Shown here piece by piece: positions 60,648 to 64,000 of a DNA stretch of 64,000 bases; the stretch's first letter is position 1, and the number at the start of each line of letters is the position of its first letter. The DNA lies in the IMG/VR virus record IMGVR_UViG_3300032030_000040, positions 33,913 to 97,912 of that record; one strand, 5' to 3'. The notes beneath the pieces are model-generated. The model saw only the letters and a list, made by a program, of their open reading frames with translations. It had not been told where the DNA came from and ran no database searches. The stretch comes from a virus. Taxonomy: Duplodnaviria; Caudoviricetes. The position numbers were made by a program, and so were the translations under genes.

Positions 60648-61559
60648 ATGGGTGAAGGCTGGCTAAAGATATATCGGAAACTGACAGAATGGGAGTGGTA
60701 TAACCATTCTGAAATGGTTCATCTGTTCATACACCTTCTTATCAAGGCGTCACCGATAGATAAGACGTGGCAAGGAAGGCAGGTCAAGCGTGGTCAGGTG
60801 GTCATCAGCAGGCCAAAAATAAGTGCTGAGACTGGCATTTCTGAGCGCACAATCAGGACTTGTCTTGCACGTATGGTTGCATCGGGTGAAATTGAAATCG
60901 AAACGACCAACAGATTTAGTATAGTAACTATCTGTAAATATGACGATTATCAACCAAAGGAGAAACAAAGCGACCAGCAGAACGACCAGCCAAACGACCA
61001 ACAGAGTGACCAGCCAAGTGACCATATCATAAGAAGTAAAGAAGTAAAGAATAATAATATTTCTCCTGCACACCCTGACGGGGATGCAGGAGCAGGGACG
61101 GAAATCAAGAAGAGTCCCAAGAGAAAAAAGCCAGAGGACTATACCATCGTCACCAAGGGGCGCAAGGTATATGAGGCCTTTTTCAAGGAACTGTATGAAG
61201 TCGATTATGTATGGAGTTCTAAGGACGGAGGCGTTATGAAGGCTATACTGAATAAAATCATCTCCAGCAGACGGGCACGTAATATGTCTGTGGATGACGA
61301 TTCGGTGGTAAGCGCTTTCTCTGCACTTCTGCAGAGCATAACGGATGACTGGATATTGAAGAACCTGTCTTTGGACTTAATCGTAAACAAATATAATACT
61401 ATCGTGGCTCAGGCCAAGGCTAATAAAACAAACGGAAATGGAGCAAGACAAAAAGTTAGTACGAGGGGAGACGGTGAAAGCGTCCTCGCTGGTCAGTCAG
61501 CAGCTGTTATCAATGACATCGCAAAGGCAGATGAATACTACTATAACGGCGGTGAGTGA
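60648..61559 (+). CDS. Replication initiator (replisome organizer, lambda O-like)
   Basis: GWLKIYRKL..WEWY...HTH; internal iteron-like repeats. Confidence 0.75.
   Translation: MGEGWLKIYRKLTEWEWYNHSEMVHLFIHLLIKASPIDKTWQGRQVKRGQVVISRPKISAETGISERTIRTCLARMVASGEIEIETTNRFSIVTICKYDDYQPKEKQSDQQNDQPNDQQSDQPSDHIIRSKEVKNNNISPAHPDGDAGAGTEIKKSPKRKKPEDYTIVTKGRKVYEAFFKELYEVDYVWSSKDGGVMKAILNKIISSRRARNMSVDDDSVVSAFSALLQSITDDWILKNLSLDLIVNKYNTIVAQAKANKTNGNGARQKVSTRGDGESVLAGQSAAVINDIAKADEYYYNGGE
60969..61062 (+). repeat. Five 12-bp iteron-like repeats plus AT-rich tract (candidate origin)
   Basis: AGCGACCAGCAG AACGACCAGCCA AACGACCAACAG AGTGACCAGCCA AGTGACCATATC. Confidence 0.6.
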
Positions 61560-62208
61560 AGCGGCCAAAGCGTTGCGTAAGGCTTACAAGCCGTCCAAGA
61601 TAACGGCAGAGTACCCAATCGACTTGCAAATAATCATCATGGGAGCCTGTCCTACTGTGGATAGCTGTGCCAAGGTGGAGTCACCTATGCTGTGCGTACT
61701 GTCTGAGGCTTTTCCGGCTTTCGTTGACAAGCAGATGAATAAAGTCGAGAACACTGCGATATCATGGATGCGTGGCCAGTTGATTGCCGTAAGCGCCTTT
61801 ACCAATGTCCGAGACAAGATGAGCGACTGGCAGATGACGGCTCTCTGCCAGCAGATACTTGCAGACTACCCCACTACTACCATGCTGGAGTTCGTGCTGT
61901 TCTGCGCCAGGCTCAGGACGGGAATGTATGAGGACTTCTATGGTTCCGTTGACCCCATGCGAATAATCAAGTCGTTCCGATCCTTCATGGATGACAGGAG
62001 GCATGACTATGATAGGCTGTATGAGGAAGAGCAAAAGGTCAAGGCCGAGCGTGAAGCTGAGGAAAGCAAGAAGAACGCTGTGGGACTTGACTGGGTTCAG
62101 GAACAGGTCAATCAGGGAAAGCTACTGACTGTGGCCAAGCTGTTCGACATAGAGATACCAGAAGAGTTCAGGGATGAGGAACCTTCAGAAGATGAAAAAA
62201 ACTTGTGA
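61438..62208 (+). CDS. DUF6633-like protein (possible helicase loader)
   Basis: EFVLFCARLRTGMYEDFYGSVDP; follows initiator. Confidence 0.55.
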   Translation: MEQDKKLVRGETVKASSLVSQQLLSMTSQRQMNTTITAVSEAAKALRKAYKPSKITAEYPIDLQIIIMGACPTVDSCAKVESPMLCVLSEAFPAFVDKQMNKVENTAISWMRGQLIAVSAFTNVRDKMSDWQMTALCQQILADYPTTTMLEFVLFCARLRTGMYEDFYGSVDPMRIIKSFRSFMDDRRHDYDRLYEEEQKVKAEREAEESKKNAVGLDWVQEQVNQGKLLTVAKLFDIEIPEEFRDEEPSEDEKNL

Positions 62209-62314
62209 TTTTTCCGAAAAAACTTGCTGAAATATTTGCATATTTGATAAAAACTTTGTATCTTTGTAATAGCAAATAAGATAAATAACAAACATTCAAA
62301 ACTTCAAAATTATG
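62196..62314 (+). promoter_or_regulatory. Repeated promoter/leader cassette copy 9
   Basis: Same boxes ahead of ATG 62312. Confidence 0.85.
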
Positions 62315-62578
62315 GCAACGTTTAGCAAAGACAATTTCGTAGCAACGAAAAAGATGATAAACATTACTTTCAGTGGTTGGGACGGTAAGAGTTATAACGG
62401 TGAGTCTCGTAATCTTCGTGCATATTCTCACCCTGAGCATCCAGAAATGCAGTTTGTAAGAACAGAGCAGAGTGTTCACGGAAACAGAGTACGTGTCTAT
62501 CATGTGCTCACTGGTGAGAACCACAAGGTAAGCGGAGCCCCGATGGTACGTGTGTTCACGTTCTTCGATGCCGACTAA
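62312..62578 (+). CDS. Hypothetical protein
   Basis: First gene after cassette 9. Confidence 0.6.
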   Translation: MATFSKDNFVATKKMINITFSGWDGKSYNGESRNLRAYSHPEHPEMQFVRTEQSVHGNRVRVYHVLTGENHKVSGAPMVRVFTFFDAD

Positions 62579-62643
62579 TTCAATGCAAATAAGATAAAAC
62601 AAAGGTAACGGCCAGCCAACCACTGGCCACAATTCAAAACATT

Positions 62644-63288
62644 ATGGAATTATTCAAGAAACTATCCGAGAGTATGGAAGCAGGCAGTACCGTGGTTATG
62701 ACGGTGGCCAAGAGTGAGAACGGAATGACGGTGAGTGTCCTGCCTGGCAACAGTCTGGTCAAGGATGCAGCCAAGAACAAGTTCATCCCCATCTGCATGA
62801 CGGGAACGCCAGAGGAAATAGACGAGAGCTTCCTCGATACTGCGCTGCGTCCTATTGCCAGAGCCAACGGGCTCCTGTCTAACATCAAGGACTTCGAGCA
62901 GTCCACGATAGCAGCCAAGGCCGCATCTGAAATGGAGAAGAAGGCCAAGGAAGAGCAGAAGAAGGTTAGCAGCACTTTCTCTGACTGGCTGGCACTGGCC
63001 GAGAAGAACTACGGCGAAGACAAGTTCAAGGATGCTATCACCTGTCTCAACAATGCTGAGAAGATTGCTGACAAGGTGAATGGTGGCCAGACGAAGATTG
63101 ACGCCATGCGTAAGAAAATCCAAGAGGTTCTGGGTGAGGGCACGATGTTCGGAGCAGCCAAGGAAGACAAGAGTGACGGGAAGAACGTCAAGCTCAACGG
63201 CAACACCAAATCTGCAGCAGCCGAGAAACCAGCCGAGAAACCAGCCGAGGAAACGGCAGACGAGAGTGAGACAACGGAAGAAGAATAA
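62644..63288 (+). CDS. PRTRC system protein E
   Basis: MTVSVLP...DAA....P....GTPEEID..F...I pattern; precedes protein C. Confidence 0.8.
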   Translation: MELFKKLSESMEAGSTVVMTVAKSENGMTVSVLPGNSLVKDAAKNKFIPICMTGTPEEIDESFLDTALRPIARANGLLSNIKDFEQSTIAAKAASEMEKKAKEEQKKVSSTFSDWLALAEKNYGEDKFKDAITCLNNAEKIADKVNGGQTKIDAMRKKIQEVLGEGTMFGAAKEDKSDGKNVKLNGNTKSAAAEKPAEKPAEETADESETTEEE

Positions 63289-63307
63289 CCCTTAAAAAAT
63301 TACGATT

Positions 63308-63517
63308 ATGGCACTTCATGTAAAAGAGTACAAGCGTGTTTTCAAGCACAATGGCCAGAAACTCTCTGACCCCAACCCTGATATGACACCTGAAGAGGTG
63401 ATGAACTTCTACAGCAACCAGTACCCAGAGCTCACGACGAGTAACGTCCATGGCCCGAAAATGGAGAATGACGAGGCCGTCTATGAGTTCAAGACAACAG
63501 TAGGCACCAAGGGATGA
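63308..63517 (+). CDS. PRTRC system protein C (prokaryotic ubiquitin-like)
   Basis: RVF....LSDPNP.MTPEEV..FYS..YPELT....GP......YEF...VGTKG. Confidence 0.85.
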   Translation: MALHVKEYKRVFKHNGQKLSDPNPDMTPEEVMNFYSNQYPELTTSNVHGPKMENDEAVYEFKTTVGTKG

Positions 63518-63554
63518 AGAAGAAACGAGACAAGAAGGACAAAATTACAGAGTT

Positions 63555-64000
63555 ATGGCAGTTCCATCAAGCAATAGGTCGGGTGTTGTGTCTGGAAGAG
63601 AGCAGAGAAGAGAGAAGGGGCGTTCTACCCGAAAAGGGGTGTGCTCTGATTTTCTGAACTTCCAGTTCGAGAACCTGTCAGGCTATGACCTCTGTACTGT
63701 CACTGCAAGGTGTGAAGATATCGACTTGCCTGCTATCGAAGGGCAGGTACAGGAGTTTCTTCACGTCCTTGGCAGTGATGTGGAAGTTGAGCATAGTGGG
63801 AACCCATACAAGGATGCAGCAAACCTCATCGAGCAGGTCAAGGGAAAGACCGATAACGAGTGGGTGGAGTTTGCCAATGTAGAGGATGACAAAGGCAATA
63901 GGCATCAGGAACTAATCGGCTATACGGTATGCGACTTTGATACCTATCATCTGTTTTTCCTTCCTGTGAAGATTGTCACGGGAGTTGACGACGATCTGCG
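63555..64000 (+). CDS. Partial ORF, probably the next PRTRC-cassette gene
   Basis: Open frame from ATG 63555 to window end. Confidence 0.5.
   Translation, partial: MAVPSSNRSGVVSGREQRREKGRSTRKGVCSDFLNFQFENLSGYDLCTVTARCEDIDLPAIEGQVQEFLHVLGSDVEVEHSGNPYKDAANLIEQVKGKTDNEWVEFANVEDDKGNRHQELIGYTVCDFDTYHLFFLPVKIVTGVDDDL

Larger units (their letters stand above)
1..64000. mobile_element. Temperate Bacteroidales tailed phage (partial genome; probably non-integrated or circularly permuted form)
   Basis: Capsid/portal/tail genes, lysis genes, tyrosine integrase, CI/Cro-like switch and replication module. Bacteroidetes-type TTTG..TAnnTTTG promoters and AT-rich leaders. No host housekeeping block. Confidence 0.93.

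Noticed and set aside
2082-62314. Dispersed repeats as CRISPR array or IS ends
   Set aside because: Copies are kilobases apart, all directly precede ATGs and match the promoter consensus; no spacers, cas genes or transposase.
1-64000. tRNA/rRNA genes and prophage-host junction
   Set aside because: No cloverleaf or rRNA-like segment recognised by eye and no host gene block; tRNAscan-SE would be needed to exclude tRNAs formally.

Overview
The whole window reads as part of a temperate Bacteroidales (Prevotella/Bacteroides-type) tailed phage genome. Almost all genes are on the + strand, no host flank is visible, and an apparently intact attP lies beside the integrase. Modules in order: small accessory genes (0.1-9.7 kb); head, portal and tail/fiber genes (9.8-30.6 kb) containing a diversity-generating retroelement (DGR); a second accessory block (30.8-39.6 kb); a lysis cassette (holin, metK, lipoprotein, GH19 endolysin, u-spanin; 39.8-43.6 kb); plasmid-like genes (DUF932, ParB, YodL; 44-52 kb); integrase, attP and repressor switch (52-55.5 kb); recombination/replication genes (55.7-62.2 kb); and the start of a PRTRC ubiquitin-like cassette. 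Highlights: (1) One DGR template repeat (22561-22680) matches two variable repeats with mismatches only at template adenines. One is in the adjacent tail gene; the other is about 17 kb away in a non-structural gene. Both share a cis motif exactly 82 nt downstream. The RT has a fused C-terminal domain and no avd is visible. (2) Nine copies of a ~100-bp promoter plus 5'-leader cassette, plus one promoter-only variant, head the accessory operons. Three of those operons end, just before their terminators, in sequences complementary to the shared leader boxes, which is a candidate undescribed antisense-RNA circuit. (3) A putative late-promoter motif is shared at identical spacing by the structural and lysis operons. 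All family assignments come from motif recognition by eye, not database searches.
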